Of a DNA stretch of 64,000 bases, positions 12,701-26,551 are shown one piece after another. The DNA comes from Enoplolaimus lenunculus (Eukaryota): contig JASANG010001649.1 in NCBI GenBank assembly GCA_030248215.1, positions 434,001 to 498,000 on the forward strand. The letters run 5' to 3'. The notes under the pieces are model-generated. The model had not been told where the DNA came from, did no database searches, and was given only the letters and a program-made list of their open reading frames with translations. The translations under genes were made by a program, and so were the position numbers. How positions within the stretch are numbered: the first letter of the stretch is position 1; each line of letters starts with the position of its first letter.

Positions 12701-15700
12701 TGTAAAAACGATAAAAAAATAGCAGCCATCGTCAATTTCAGCCATCGTCCGATTTTTATGTGTCGGATCGCACTGGGACCGGACCAAACCGGTCCGAAGC
12801 TGGACCGGGCTTGGAGCGGATCGAACTGTACCGCAGTATCAGAGACGGAGCAGCCAGATTCCATACCCCCATTTAGGTGACTCCACCCTAAAGGTATCCC
12901 CCCTAACCGGATGAAACAGAAACTGCCGAAGTTTTAGAAATAGTCTGGCTTTTCGTTACAGATATGCTGCAAGTGTTCGATATGAAGTAAAAATTACGAA
13001 AGTCATCCAAAATCTTAAAAGTTTCAGTGCATCTGCTTTTCAAAATCTTTTAAATAGCTTTGAAGACACTACACAAGCCTTACAATAACCACCAGGGTGC
13101 TAAATGAAAACAAATTTTCTTCCTCGCTACATTCGCTGGCTTACAATTTTACATAACATAATCTGAACTCTCATGAAACGAAATAATCAAGAACGGCAAC
13201 AAAGAGATTTTTGAGTGAGATGTGCCGTTTGCTGTCCTTTCTAGATCCATCGTTTTGCAGGAAGGGTGTCCTCAACAGAGGTATAAGTGGATAAAGATTT
13301 TTTTACCCGCGTTTGCGCTTTACCCGCAGAAAGTTTACTTTTTACCCGCTTGTATAAACGCGCAAAATACCTTTACCGTTACCGACCTTACCTGCCCTTA
13401 TTATTTCTTGTACGTTCCATGTTATTGTGTAATTTTACAGTGCATCATGTGAATCGTATGACGTACGTTTCAAATAACTCTTCATCAGTAACTTTCAAAG
13501 CAAACCATTAAGTAAAAATAGTAACTCCGGACAATATTGTCAGGGACACCTATTTCAAAGCGCTAGTTAGGCTTGCTTGTATTTGACTTAACATATGGAC
13601 ATCAGGGAGTGCTAGATAACCTTAAGAGGCTTCCTAAGCTCGTAGACAATAATCAAAAGACCGTTTTCTTAATCGGATGTACGTATGTTTGCGTTACAGC
13701 CCATGTATCTGCTGCGTTTTCATATTGACCGTTTAGCCTTTCCTTTTTTTGACTAGTTTTTGTTTGTAATTGTTGCTTGCTATGATGCTTTTTTTATGCC
13801 TTTTAATCGCTGTATTCTGTGGATTGATATTTCATTGTGGGTTATCGATCGTTTTGACACTGGGGATTTAGTTCGACACTCACCACAAACTCTAAACTCA
13901 AGGCAAAAAAACCAAGGCAAGGCTGACTAGAACCTGACTAGATAAATTTACTAGGAATTTTGACTAGAAAGTATACCACCCCGGCGCTGACTAGACTAAA
14001 TTCAACTGGTAATCAAGTATCAGATAAGAGTACCAGTCACACCCGTAGACTCTTTTCATTAAAAGAGGTTTAAATTTCCTGTGTAAAGTCTGGCGGCGCG
14101 TTTCTCTGAACTGCTCGGGGGAGATGGAGGCAATTGAAAATTGTTAGCAATCTCTGTGCTCCGACCACGCGACTACATAGGGGTGTTTCTAGGGTAAGGC
14201 CAAAGGATCCATTTCAAGAAAAGAGGGACCTCGTTTGCCCGCCTATCTCAAGAGCCCGAAGAGGGTTCGGGTTAGGGACGACCGAGTTGGCTAGAGGACC
14301 TCCACACCGGCATAAATCCCCCTTAACACCCCCCCCTTTCCCCCGCCCAACAGACGTACATATTATAATAACGCGCGCGTCGTGTGCTAGTGAAAGCAAA
14401 CCACAGAATCCATAGAGGAGGGGGCGGAGAATATTTAGGAAAAGGGGGGGAAACCCCTAAGGGGAACCTAGATCCTTACTGCTGGACTGTATGAGTACCC
14501 CGGTTCGGGTAAGCGTGCTGGTAAAACCAGCCCCCAGCCAGGCGTTCCCGACCACCCGGCCCCAAAGCAAAGTCCGGGCACGCTACTGCCACAAGGAGCG
14601 GAAAAAAATAAAACCCAAAAAAAACCAAAATAAAAAAAGGAAGCATCAATCTATGAACGAGGGGGAGGGATGACACAAAAAGGAAGAGGGAGGGGACAAC
14701 AACAAAGTAGGAGAAGTTCATAATGATCAAAAAAAGACAACAACACCACCACCCACCCCCCCCCCCCCCCGACGATTACCTACGGAGGACTCCTCCGTAC
14801 CCCCCCCCCCCCCCCCCCCCCCCCTTGGCGTAAAATGCAAGACTGCACCCAAAAATACACGATAGTACGACGGAAACTGATAACGTGCATAAAACTACCG
14901 CGGACCTGAGCAGAAACTCTGAAGGAAACCGAGACAAAAACTATAAGGGTATCCCGCCCTGCGGATGAGGGGGCGTAGGTCTGGGGACTGAGCCAGCTCG
15001 TTGTCTCGGACTAAGTTAGTGGTTGTCGTACCCCCCCTGCCCTATTTACTGAGTGTGCGTATGCGCGGGTCGAAGTGTGTATTTGACTATACGTACAGAT
15101 GCACAGTTGAATATAATCTTTAGCTCGGATAAGAAAACCGCTGAGTTCCGGGCAAGCGGGAACGACCAGGAGAGGGTAGTGTCCTGACCTGACTCTGAAA
15201 TAGAGTGATCTCTAACTTTCTGCGCGCACTGGTCTTGTCGTACTGTTTAGAAGCACCCCGTTCCCTGTTCTCGCCCATGTTCGCCCCAACAGACGCTATA
15301 GCCCCCTTGCCGTTTCGAACTTCGCATCAATCGCACATTAACTGAAACTGCGGTGGAAATCGAAGTTGTATATAGAGGAAGGGCGTAAATGATAAGAGGG
15401 AAGTTTGTTCGAGAACCCCCGGTAAAACAAGAACTGGGTGCCCAGACCGGCCGCCTCTCCTGTGGACGAACCGACTTATGCAGGAATACGTATAAAGTCT
15501 AGGTTATTATGGGACAGGCTTGATCTTGAGGCTAGGGACTCTGACGGAAGGGTCGTCAGTCTCGGCACCCTCTGCCCCCCACCTTCGTGATCTATGCTAT
15601 CCATCAAGAGTTTTCAAAATTTCTGGGCGCCCCATCTCTCCGCTGTTAACGGTCGAAGAGTAAAATTTTGAAAAATTTTAAAGTTATCAAGTTTCAGCTA

Positions 15701-16214
15701 CCCCAACGGGGTATTAAAATTTTGAATCGTGGTATCACTGAGCGCGCGAGTGTTTTGAGCAGATGTCAATGAGGGGTATGGGTTTTCGTTTAGTTGCCGT
15801 AGCAAGGGGGCGCATGGCTTGTTTAGGCTTTTTGGGATGATCTCAGGTGTGTCTCCCTCAATAGGTGCGTACAGAAATGGATCAAGAGGTGTTCTGAGGC
15901 TTAGATTAAGATTTTGGAATTACCGGTTGCAATTTTAATTGAGGACAGTGATCCTGAAGGCCTCAGCAGGTTAGCATTGGTTTGTGTTGATCCGGAGAGG
16001 ATCACCTTTTAGCCCAGGGAACGTCTTCGTGGGCATATCCAGATATTTTGGTAGATCCCACGATTTGACCCCAGGCACAAGGATATAACCTTTCTGTTCT
16101 AGCTTCCGAGGACGTCGCCCAACCAGTTTCCTAATAATATCTCCCCCCCCCCCCACCACCCTCCACTACACTCACCCCCCCTCCCTCTTGGGCCCAGGGG
16201 GGGGGACGCTTACG

Positions 16215-18345
16215 GACCTTGGTCCGAAAAACGTGAATCTCACTTTTTCGGAATTCAGTGCCGAAATTAGGCTCATTCAATTCAGCTCGTCGAGCTGATC
16301 AAGAAAACTACCCCGAACCCCACCCGCAAAACAATAGTTAAGAAACTACTAGCCTCTAAAGTTCTCCGGATTTTAGTGTGTGAGTGTAAGCATTTTACGG
16401 ATCCCAGTACAAAAAATGCGATTTTCACTTTTCCGGGGTTTGGCCTTAAAATGGGTACCGTTCGATTCAGCTTGACGAGCTGACAAAGAAAACCACCCCG
16501 AACCCCGTCCGCAGACTAATAGTTAACGAGTTATGGCGGGTACAAGGTATTAGGAATTTTACATGTAAAGAAGGTATCTTAAGGATACCAGTAAAATTTT
16601 TAATCGCTCCTGTGAGCTATTGTCATTTTTACAAGGTGCCTAAATGGCAGTTTTACGATGCCCCAAAAATTGATACCCCCCTACGTTTTAGAATTTGCAT
16701 AGGACTTCTAAATTTTATAGGTGAACCTAGTACCCACGTTATCGGCAACGATAGGCAAATTTCAAACCAAAATTATATGGTACTCCACACCCCTTTCGTG
16801 AAACTGAGATAGCCCTAACTGGGCCCCGATTTGACATAACCCCCCTTAAATACGTACGTAACCCCCCTGTCCCCGTCGAATAGCGCCCCGAGACTCACGT
16901 ACACGCTATGTCGCCACCGCGTGTAGTGAGCTCGGTTTGCTGTCGCGGCTCGAGCACGCGACTTTGAAAACCGAAAAATTCTAAACTGATCTGACTGCAC
17001 AGCCCGTGCAGCGTGCTTTTATACCCGTGCTCAGCCCCTACGCGATTCGCCGATGGGTTTAGCCAATCAGGGACCGAAAAACAACAGCAAGGCAGCGACC
17101 TGATTGGGTGAAAAGTCTGGATAACCCAGAGCCAATGAGAGTGCAGTGTACACAAACTCTAAAGTCTCAGCTGATTGGTCAGTGGTGTTTCACATTCCTT
17201 ACCAACGTCAGAGCTTCAATGGGGGTTGCATTTATTCCCTGGGGTAGTCCCAGTTTGGCTGGTTCTTTGATGGCGGGGCAGGAGTTTATGAGCGCGCCTC
17301 CAGGTGTGGAACCTCCTTGAGAATCCGGACAAGCCCCGCGCGGCTTCCGTGGCGTAGTGTATCCCCCTTTTGATATGAAATACTAGCGCATTTTGCCTAT
17401 AACAGCCCATTGGGGCGTGCCAACTCAGTTCAAAATGGTTCTGAGGGGGTAGTAGGATAAAACCGAGAACAGCAAATAATAAAAAAAACAATAAGGACCA
17501 AAATCCATGAGAAGACAAGACAAAACATAAATTGGCATGACAGAGAAAAGGGTACGCAACATTATTTTTAGACAGTAGACCTCCTGAATACCACCTAACT
17601 TTAGAACTACCGTTATTCATGCTCAAATGTGAGTGCTAGAAGCCTAATAGCCTACTGTGCAGAGCTTAACGAAGAAAAACTACACGCCCGTTCCTTGTTT
17701 ACGGGCTGAATTTGAAAAAACTAAAATAACCCTGTCAAGGGTATCCTACGCTAAAAACGCCCAGTAGGCACAGACAAATTGTTAAACCAATACAACAATC
17801 TAACTGAGTTGAGATTATCACAGCCTAGCCTACCAAAACAACGACTGACTATTCCAGGGGGTTCTCAGATACTCTCAGCACAGGAAACATTCGTTCTAGG
17901 TTCCATTTCTGAGTAACCTTTACGGTCCTAAGAGTGAAACAAAGCCAGCGACCTTAATTCCAGTATCACGTCTTAAGAAAATTAGAGTTGCAGTTACCTA
18001 AACCTCACCTAATAATTACGCCTTCACGCGGGCCTCTAGAAAATTGGACCAGGCCATAACTCCTCAACTACCAGCTTGCGACACCGGTTTGGGGTGGTTT
18101 TCTTACTCTACTCACACCCGTAGTGCGAAAAAGTTAAAATTGCATTTTCAGGACCGGATCCGTAAAGTACGTATGTATTAAGTGTCGGGACTTAGTATTG
18201 GCCATAACTTTTGAGGTATTAATTTGCGGACCGTGTTTGGGGTGGTTTTCTTGCTCTGCGCGATGCGCGGAGTCGAATGATACCCATTTTATCCATAGGT
18301 TGTGAAAAAACGAAAATCGCATTTTTCAGGATCCGATCCGCAAAA
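16215..18345. repeat. Internal inverted-repeat structure: two ~180-bp units (16215-16540) inverted against two related units (18050-18345)
   Basis: The motif AAAATGGGTAxCxTTCGAxTC...AAGAAAACCACCCCxAAC...AGTTATGGC is on + at 16449-16538 and on - at 18200-18290. Confidence 0.7.
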
Positions 18346-21300
18346 TACTTTATACCTGAGTATTGGTTGTCAAGAAATGGCAGGAAGGCCAAAACTGCCT
18401 CGTGCTAAGCACCAGGATTTATCCAATAAAAGAGCTGAGCGCCTCGCCATTTGAAAATTTGTGTGTACCCTGTGACTAGAGAGAGTTCTGACCAGGCCTC
18501 AGGAGATATAAGGAAAGTTGATTTAGACTAATACCTGCACTCGTACTTGACAACCGAAACTCTGAAGGCACAGCCCGTACTAATAGACTGACGCTAGACC
18601 CAGGCAAGGAATACTAAGGAAAAACAACAGCAAACCGGCGCCTTTTGACTTCCCCTTGGGGAACAGAAATTGTCATAAGGAAATTACTTGTAAAATCCGG
18701 ACAATCAACTCGTGCAGCTTTTAGGGTGTATCTAGAAAATTACCCGAGCCTGACCAGTTTATGTCGGAGATCTCAGGGAACTGTGCATAGGCTGTTTACA
18801 TCCGGGGAGTGAGAGCCAGGCGTTACACCCTCACCCTTTGTGATCAGGCTCGTCCCTAGAATAATCCAACTGCAAAAGGTGGAGCAATTTCAAAAGCCCC
18901 CAAAAGCCCTCTGGTAAGGTGGCGAGTCCACGTTCAGGTACCTATGGGTATGAATTTTCTTTAGAGAATCAAATCATTTCTAATTTCCAACTGTTGCTTT
19001 TTTTTAGCAATTAATCTTACGCTAATACTAGCTATATTCACAACGCACGTCTTGTGCTTCTCAAACCAACAACTCACAGCAAAGGATAGCTATTTTCTCA
19101 ACTTTCCTATTAAGGTATAAGGACGTTTTAATTCGTGTTAATTTGATTGTCCGTATGTACTGTATACTCTTATGATAAACCAAAATTCCAAGAACGCGTT
19201 CAGTAATGAACTATGAGCGATTTGAACCCCTTTTGACTCCTGGCCTTGTGCCATGGCAAATCCAAAATTTCAGAAATACCAGATCAAGTATCTGGATTGG
19301 CATTTGGGCGATATCCTAGGTAGTTCAAGGTATTGCATTGTTGCTGGTTCGAATCAGCAATTATTTTTGTTAAAATCAAAGGCCAGGATCGATCCGCCTT
19401 TCCGTTAAAAGGTCTATGACCATGTGTCTAAATTTTGCAGGATCGCCAACCACATCCCACAAAGAATACAACAACCCCTAAAAAGTCCAACGCAGAAGAC
19501 CAGATCGCTCTTGAATCCACTTATCGGGATATATTCAAGAGAGATAGCATAAAACTAGCAGTCCTAATTAGCCGACACGGATAAAAACTCAATTGTTGTT
19601 GGTACGAGTCGACAACATATCAAGGTGTTTCATAGGAGCTTAGGCGTAGAGCGATATCGGAATTTTGTGATTCTCAAAACCCGATATCACGCCGGGGGAC
19701 CATCATCCTCTGGACAAGTAGCTTAATAGGCAGATCCACGGCCACGAACACCCGTGAGAGTATCATCTCGGATACGTCCGCAGGGATACTCGGTGATCGT
19801 ACCCGTAACAATATTGCAGATTACATCTATCATTGTTACAACTTAGTTGTTTGCCGATGGATAAGTGAATCAAAACATTCTTGTCTCTACAAAATCGTTG
19901 TTGTTAAGAATTTAAGAGCGCATAAATCACGCATTTCTATACGGTTTTGTCGCAGTTTGTATTAGACCTCTTTCACAAAGCTGAAAACATATCATTCCAC
20001 GCCAAAGAAAAATATAACCTCTATGGAACGCGAAGAATGTTAAGCAAATGAAATACCATATATTGTTGCCGTCTATTAAAACGCCACAATTATTGTTCGA
20101 TTTAACAGCACGTTTCTGCAGTGTAAAACTTATTTTAAACTCATACGGTAAATACAGTTTAAAAATTGAAGTTTTTGTACATCATCTGGTTTCAATTTTC
20201 TTATGAAATTTCAGACTTGTAAAGAATCACAAATTTTTACCCGCGCTTTGAAATTCTTTACCCGCAGGTATAACCGCGCCAAAAGTTTATTACCCGTACC
20301 CGCGGATAACGTCAGCTCTGGTCCCCACAGCTATCAGACACGAGCGAGAGCTCGGACAACCAAGATGAAACATCGATAAATTCCGTATCCACTAATACGC
20401 TAGGCGCCCCAGCCCTAGAGTTGAGGGGGACACCCCGTTTGCTCCGGCACTACGAAGTATGAAAAGGACTGATCCGTAGAAAAATTCCGGAACGGGTTAG
20501 TCTGGTCCACATCACTACCGAAGAGCAAAACCAAAACGTACCCTTAAATTTAATTGCCATCTATTTCAGACCAGTCTCGACCACTATTGCTGTTGGTATA
20601 TCTTAAACTGTAAATCGGAATCGTTAATCTGTGTACGGTTTAGTTTTACTTTGCACTCTTCAACTGATTATTCCTTTTGGCCTCGTGAAACACGGTAGAA
20701 AAATGCATATCTGCGGCATCTTATGAGCAGCATAGTAAGTAAGGCATCGTATAACTGTGAAGAGGACGATCATAGAAGAAACCGGGATAGCTTAGCGCAA
20801 TTTTGAAACAACTCCAAAGGGCATAATTTTGGTTTTGATTTTTGCAGGAACCTGTATCCTGTATGGTCCCCGTTAGCTGCGCCAGCCGATTTAACCAGCT
20901 TCTAGTGTATTCTAGCCCCGTAAATAATCATTTTGTTGTGCTCGCAGCGCGTTCCTTGTTATCTTATTTATTCCCGATTTCAACTCGTTTTGGTCGTTTT
21001 TTGGTTTGTACCAACCGTTGTATAATCGAAACGAAGGACACACAGCTAGTTGATTTAAAGAATTTCACCTTTAAATCTTTGCCAGTCGCGGTACATTGTG
21101 TCGGTTAGTATTATACGTACCAGAAACGTTCCGATTTCTGCCGAACCAGTTCGGTGTTTGGGTTTAAACCAAAGAGCTTTACACGAAATCTCTCGAGAAA
21201 TCAAACTCAATTATTCGGTCTGACCCCGTCGTCCGCAAGCTGCTTGAAGCTCTGAGAACGACAAAATAATAAATGTATATGTATGTATGTATATATATGT

Positions 21301-23373
21301 AACAAATAAACATTGTTGGTTTTAGTAAAGAAAGACGATTGCCGAATACTGAGACCACCAGTAAAACGCATTTTAGTCCGGAACATGATCGCATCGCATG
21401 CATATAAACAATTTAAAATCTACAATTGAAGACTATTGGATTTTATAAAAACTTTAACTACACGGACAAAGCGTATGTTGTTGTTTTTAAGGCTTTTTGG
21501 CGCAGTATCATTCGTGTAAAAATATTGAAGAGGCTGTGATTGGATTTTTTTAAATATATATCATAAGATATCGTTTCATATATATCGCAAAAACCTGTTG
21601 GCTTCCAAAAGGTACTTGGAAAAAATTATGGGGGCTTGAGGGCCATCACCCTTCCTCTACAGTTACGGCTCTAAATATATATGGTAACTGAAGAAAATAG
21701 CATATATTACCAGTTTAATAGCTGTAAAGTGTTCAAAGAAACTAGTGACACGCCGAGTTGCAATTAAATTAAAATTAGGCGAAAAAATACCGAAATCACA
21801 GCAAGGCCAAGTAAACGTGACAAAAACTGATTTTAATCAAAAACAATTAACGAAAACCGTTTTAAACTAAACCGGATATTTGACTACAGAACCGACACGC
21901 GAAAGTCTTAAAGGTACATCAACTATAACAATACTCTAAATGTTCAAATCTTAACTCGTTAAATCGTAAAACAGTTAAAATAACTTTCGCCACACGGCAA
22001 TTATTTTTAACTGAAGTGTATCCCACCTGTATAAAACACCACCGCCTACGCTGTCTGAAAAAGCCCGGTCCATAACCAGGAAAGGCCAGAGGGGTTCAAC
22101 TTAGCTGTAGATAATTTTTGACACCCATGGAAAACTTTTGGGCGTCGCTTTGTTAAAGTAGAACAGCAAAATCGCCCTGCGCCACACTTGACATATTTGA
22201 ACCCAAGAAGGCGTTGGTCTAGCAACGGACCAGCTTAAGCCAATTGGTGTTCCGTTTAATTTTTTCCTAAAAATGCACTTTGAACGTGAAAAAACCCTCT
22301 GGTTTATAGATTACCCATGTTCAGATATTTTAATTAAATTGCGTACTTTATCAAATATTTAAATCGAAAACTGGACTGGAATATATTTCGAAACGAACCG
22401 AGACAAACTGTCAGAAACAAAGGTGGTGGTCTGTTTATAAAGTGAAACTGTAAATGTACTTTTTCTTGGAAACGCAACAAAAATCAGTCATCGGAGTGCG
22501 TCAAACCGAGGCTTGGCTGTTTTTAAAGCTGAAATGACAGCATACGATGTTTTGTAGAGTTTTCCTATTATTGCTCACAGTCTCAAATATGATGGAAAAC
22601 TCATATTGAACTTTAAACAGTTTCAAAGATGTTTTATTTTTCTGCCAACACAATTGAGACGAGCAAATATTTGTCGCGAAAAATGGCGGCTGCAAAGAAA
22701 TTTTCAAGATTTTGGGTGAATTTCGTAATTTTTCTTTCGTTTTGAACAATTGGAGCACATGTTTAATATAAAATTGCGAGACATATACGTGATTTACAAC
22801 TAATTTTTTGCGTAAAAATAACGAAATTTTTGGCATTTCTATAATGGAAACGGAAACGAATAGCGATTATAACCAGAAACGGAGATGGGTATTCGGTTAT
22901 ACGCTGCTTTTATGGTCGGGCCGTTTTTTCGCGGGATTACAACAGAATAAACTTAAACGTTAGACTCTTTTTGTGATGAATTATTATTAAACCCCTCAAA
23001 GTAGCACCGGTACGATGGTTTGTATAAAATCAAACAGCGCAAATGACGTATGACTTGGGAAATGTTGTGCATGACATGAGATGTGCTATTTTAATAGAAT
23101 AAAGTCGATCAAACGCTAATTACTAAAAAATATAACTATATACCAAACAACGCCCAAAGGAACCACCTGGGTTTAGCCTTGTTCTTGCGTCAGTTTAAAG
23201 TAATTTGCATCAATCACTTTTACTTGCAATTTTGAAGAATTTAACGTAATGAATCAAAAGTGTTTATTTTAAAACGTAACAAACCCAGTCCCACTTTTAC
23301 TTGCTCCCCAATATTTGGAATCTCCCACTACATTGTATTAAAACTTCCCGTTTACCACTACACAATAACAGGC

Positions 23374-23900
23374 GGGTCTTTTGAGTTATTCTACCCCAGC
23401 CGACGTTTGCCGAAAAATGATTAAATTTTAAAAAAATTTTATGCATATTTGTGCTTCTGTTGACCTCCCCTGATTATATGCCACTCCCAAATTTGAATTT
23501 TTGAAAATTCAATTTTTATATACCATTCAACGCAATTTGCAGCGCTGAGTTGAAGAACGGTGTTAAATTTTGCGCAGTTAGATTCTTGGCTAACGAGTTA
23601 AGTGAAATAACTGATTTGGCGCTGTCTCAAATCGTTGACAGAGCGCCAAATCAGTTATTTGACAATCACTCGTTAGCTTGACATCTGATTGCAAACATTT
23701 AGCACCATTCAACTTAGCTCTGCAAGCTGCGTTGAACGGTATATGACTTGTTTAACCTTTAACAAAAAATATTTGGATCTCACGGGGGGAACTTGGGACC
23801 TTAGAAATCTATTTTTTAATTGAAATTTGGGTGTGGAATGATCAAGGGAGGTCATGAGAAGCTCAAATATGCAAAAATTTTCAAAATCCAAAAAACTTCT
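23374..23900. mobile_element. Long-TIR palindromic MITE family (GGGTCTTT...AAAGACCC ends)
   Basis: The arms share TGCATATTTGxGCTTCT / AGAAGCTCAAATATGCA, and there is a central palindrome at about 23605-23660. Related copies lie at about 4890-5250, 7100-7220, 24850-25298, 31905-32419 and 62140-62270. Confidence 0.75.
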
Positions 23901-26077
23901 GTTATACAGTGAAACACTGTTGCATTTTGAAAGGTTTGTTACTTTGTAACAATCGCTTTGTAAACATCTGACGGAGGTCAGTGGCAGATCCAGGATTTCT
24001 CACAGAGATCCGAAACCCCCCTGCGGATACCTCACTCGAAAATGACAATATCAGCAAAAGTGGGTCAGAAACCAAACGCTATAAATTTGTTGAAATCCGG
24101 TCTTTAAAATGCGGCAAAACAACTAAAGATAGCTTGCTATAAGGTGGAAACATTGTCCTCTGTCAGGTCATTTGGAATTTTAGTATTAATTTCCGTACGA
24201 AATTTCAGCAGACGAACGTAGATTTATCTGGGAAGACAAAATATATACTTTGGCAACCAAGAATCTAACACAAGTGTTTGTAATAATTAAAAACATGCAA
24301 GCGAAGCGAGCAAGAAGCAAGACACAATTTTAGCAACAAATTCCGATGCAAAAGTATGCTTTGCGGGGTCGGAAATCCGATCTATAGATCTTCTCTATCT
24401 TCGCCCTTGAAAGATGCAAATGATCAGGGGTCAGCTATTCAAGGATTTTCCGATGATTTTAATTGTCACAAACATGACAGAAACAATACAAGTCCTACGA
24501 CCTTAAATGTGGAGGAAATGGATAAGAGCGTAGAAGGTTTTATTCGAGTAAATGACGTCTGAAAACGCCAAACATGGAACAAATTTCAGGTGTATATACT
24601 TAAACAGTCATCTGTATGACATGAACCAAAAGCTTTGTTCAAAACCTCATGAATGTCTGCAACCCAGTTATCATGAGTTTTTGCTATAGATTTTGCGATG
24701 AGCTTACATTGATTGTGATGAAGCGGCAGTGCCTGTGCTGATAGGGGCGGGTGCTCTGACAAAATTATAGGGTGGGGGCCCACAACGTAGAGGTGCGTTC
24801 AGAATTACTGGGTGCTTGATCTGAGGATGTCCGAGCTGCTCACATTGAAACTTTTTCCAGATTTGAGCTTCTCAAAAACCTACCCTGACAATTCGATGCC
24901 CAAATTTAAATTTTTGAAAAATTTTAGGTTTTAACCCAAAAAAACTTTTTTTGTCAAAAAGTTGAAGAATTTATAAACCATTGGACCCAAAGTGTTGAAC
25001 TGAGTGTAGTGGGGTTAAGATTTTCGCCATTAGTCGTCTACTAACGAGTTATTGTCAAATAAGGAATTTGGCGACCTCCCGAACCATTGGCAGCGCGCCA
25101 AATCAGCTTTTTGACTATAACTCGTTAGCCAGACATCCGATGGCGGAAATCTTAACATCACTGCACTCAGCTCAATAAGCTACGTCGAATGATAATTTAT
25201 CTACCGTTTGACAAAAATTTTCTCATGAAATATGCAAAAAATTTCAAAATTCATCCATTTTGGGTAAACACCGGCTGGGGGATAACCGAAAAGACCCAGA
25301 AGATTTTTCGAAAATTTGCTAAAAGTGCTTTTTTCATCTTTCCAGAAATGTCGGGTGCTATATTCCTCATCTCATTGCTTGCGTACGCCTCTAATTTTAA
25401 CACAGCACTGACGTAATTTCAAATTTGAAATGCGTATAAATTGTTTCACAAATTTAGTATGCGCATGAAAATCGATGCCGAGTGTGATATTTGTATGTAC
25501 AGGTGTTTTGCTTCTGTTTTAGATTGTAATTAAACTATTGAAAATAATGAAGCCGTTTTTAAAAAAACAACACAGTTGTTCCACCACAGTATATGATGAT
25601 ATCACGCACTAGCACCCAGATCTATACACAACGAGGAATAGGGGAATATATCCCCCGAAATTCCTGCAAAGGCTCGAAAAAGGCACTCTGACGTTGTTCG
25701 GTCACATCATAGGTAGATTTTTTAGACTTGTAACAGTGGGCATACGCAGGGTTGGATATATCCAGCCAAAATTTCTGTAAAGGCTCAAAAAAGCGAGTTC
25801 TTCAAGCTGTAGAATCAGCTGTCAGAGGTCGAAAAATTTCTCGCTAGCTACGCGGGTTCCCAAAAACATTCAGACTTGGCTATTCTTTCCCGAAATGAAA
25901 TTCGGGTCACTATTTTTCTCGTACCCAACTATTCAAAGCATACAAAAGGCTGTTACAATCAACGTCAGCTTGTTTGTCATACTTAAACTTAAACTACATT
26001 TTAACTAAACTTGAATATGAGTTTAAGTAAAACTTAAATGGCTAAACGGACTACTTAACTAGAACTATATGTTCTAT

Positions 26078-26551
26078 TTAAACTAACATATTTTTTAAGT
26101 TTAGGGAGAGTTTAAGCTTAACTAATTTTTGGTTTGTGATATAAGTACTGTTTAGAAACTATGTAGTTTTTAGAATTCATTAAGTTTTAGATCAAACTAA
26201 AAATATGCCTGATTTTAAACGAGTTTTAGCGCAACTTAAACTAACATATTTTTTAAGTTTAGGGAGAGTTTAAGCTTAACTAATTTTTGGTTTGTGATAT
26301 AAGTACTGTTTAGAAACTATGTAGTTTTTAGAATTCATTAAGTTTTAGATCAAACTAAAAATATGCCTGATTTTAAACGAGTTTTAGCGCAACTTAAACT
26401 AACATATTTTTTAAGTTTAGGGAGAGTTTAAGCTTAACTAATTTTTGGTTTGTGATATAAGTACTGCTTAGAAACTATATAGTTTTTAGAATTCATTAAG
26501 TTTTAGATCAAACTAAAAATATGCCTGATTTTAAACGAGTTTTAGCGCAAC
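26078..26551. repeat. Tandem repeat, 158-bp unit x3, nearly identical
   Basis: Units start at 26078, 26236 and 26394. The third copy differs at about 2 positions. Confidence 0.95.

Noticed and set aside
19260..19330. RT-like QIKYLDW motif
   Set aside because: It is a single weak resemblance to KYLG with no other RT motifs nearby.
20570..20906. Two small + exons (TSLDHYCCW/NLYPVWSPLAAPADLTSF*)
   Set aside because: The splice signals are phase-compatible, but the peptide is short and unrecognisable, with no upstream exon. It is indistinguishable from chance.
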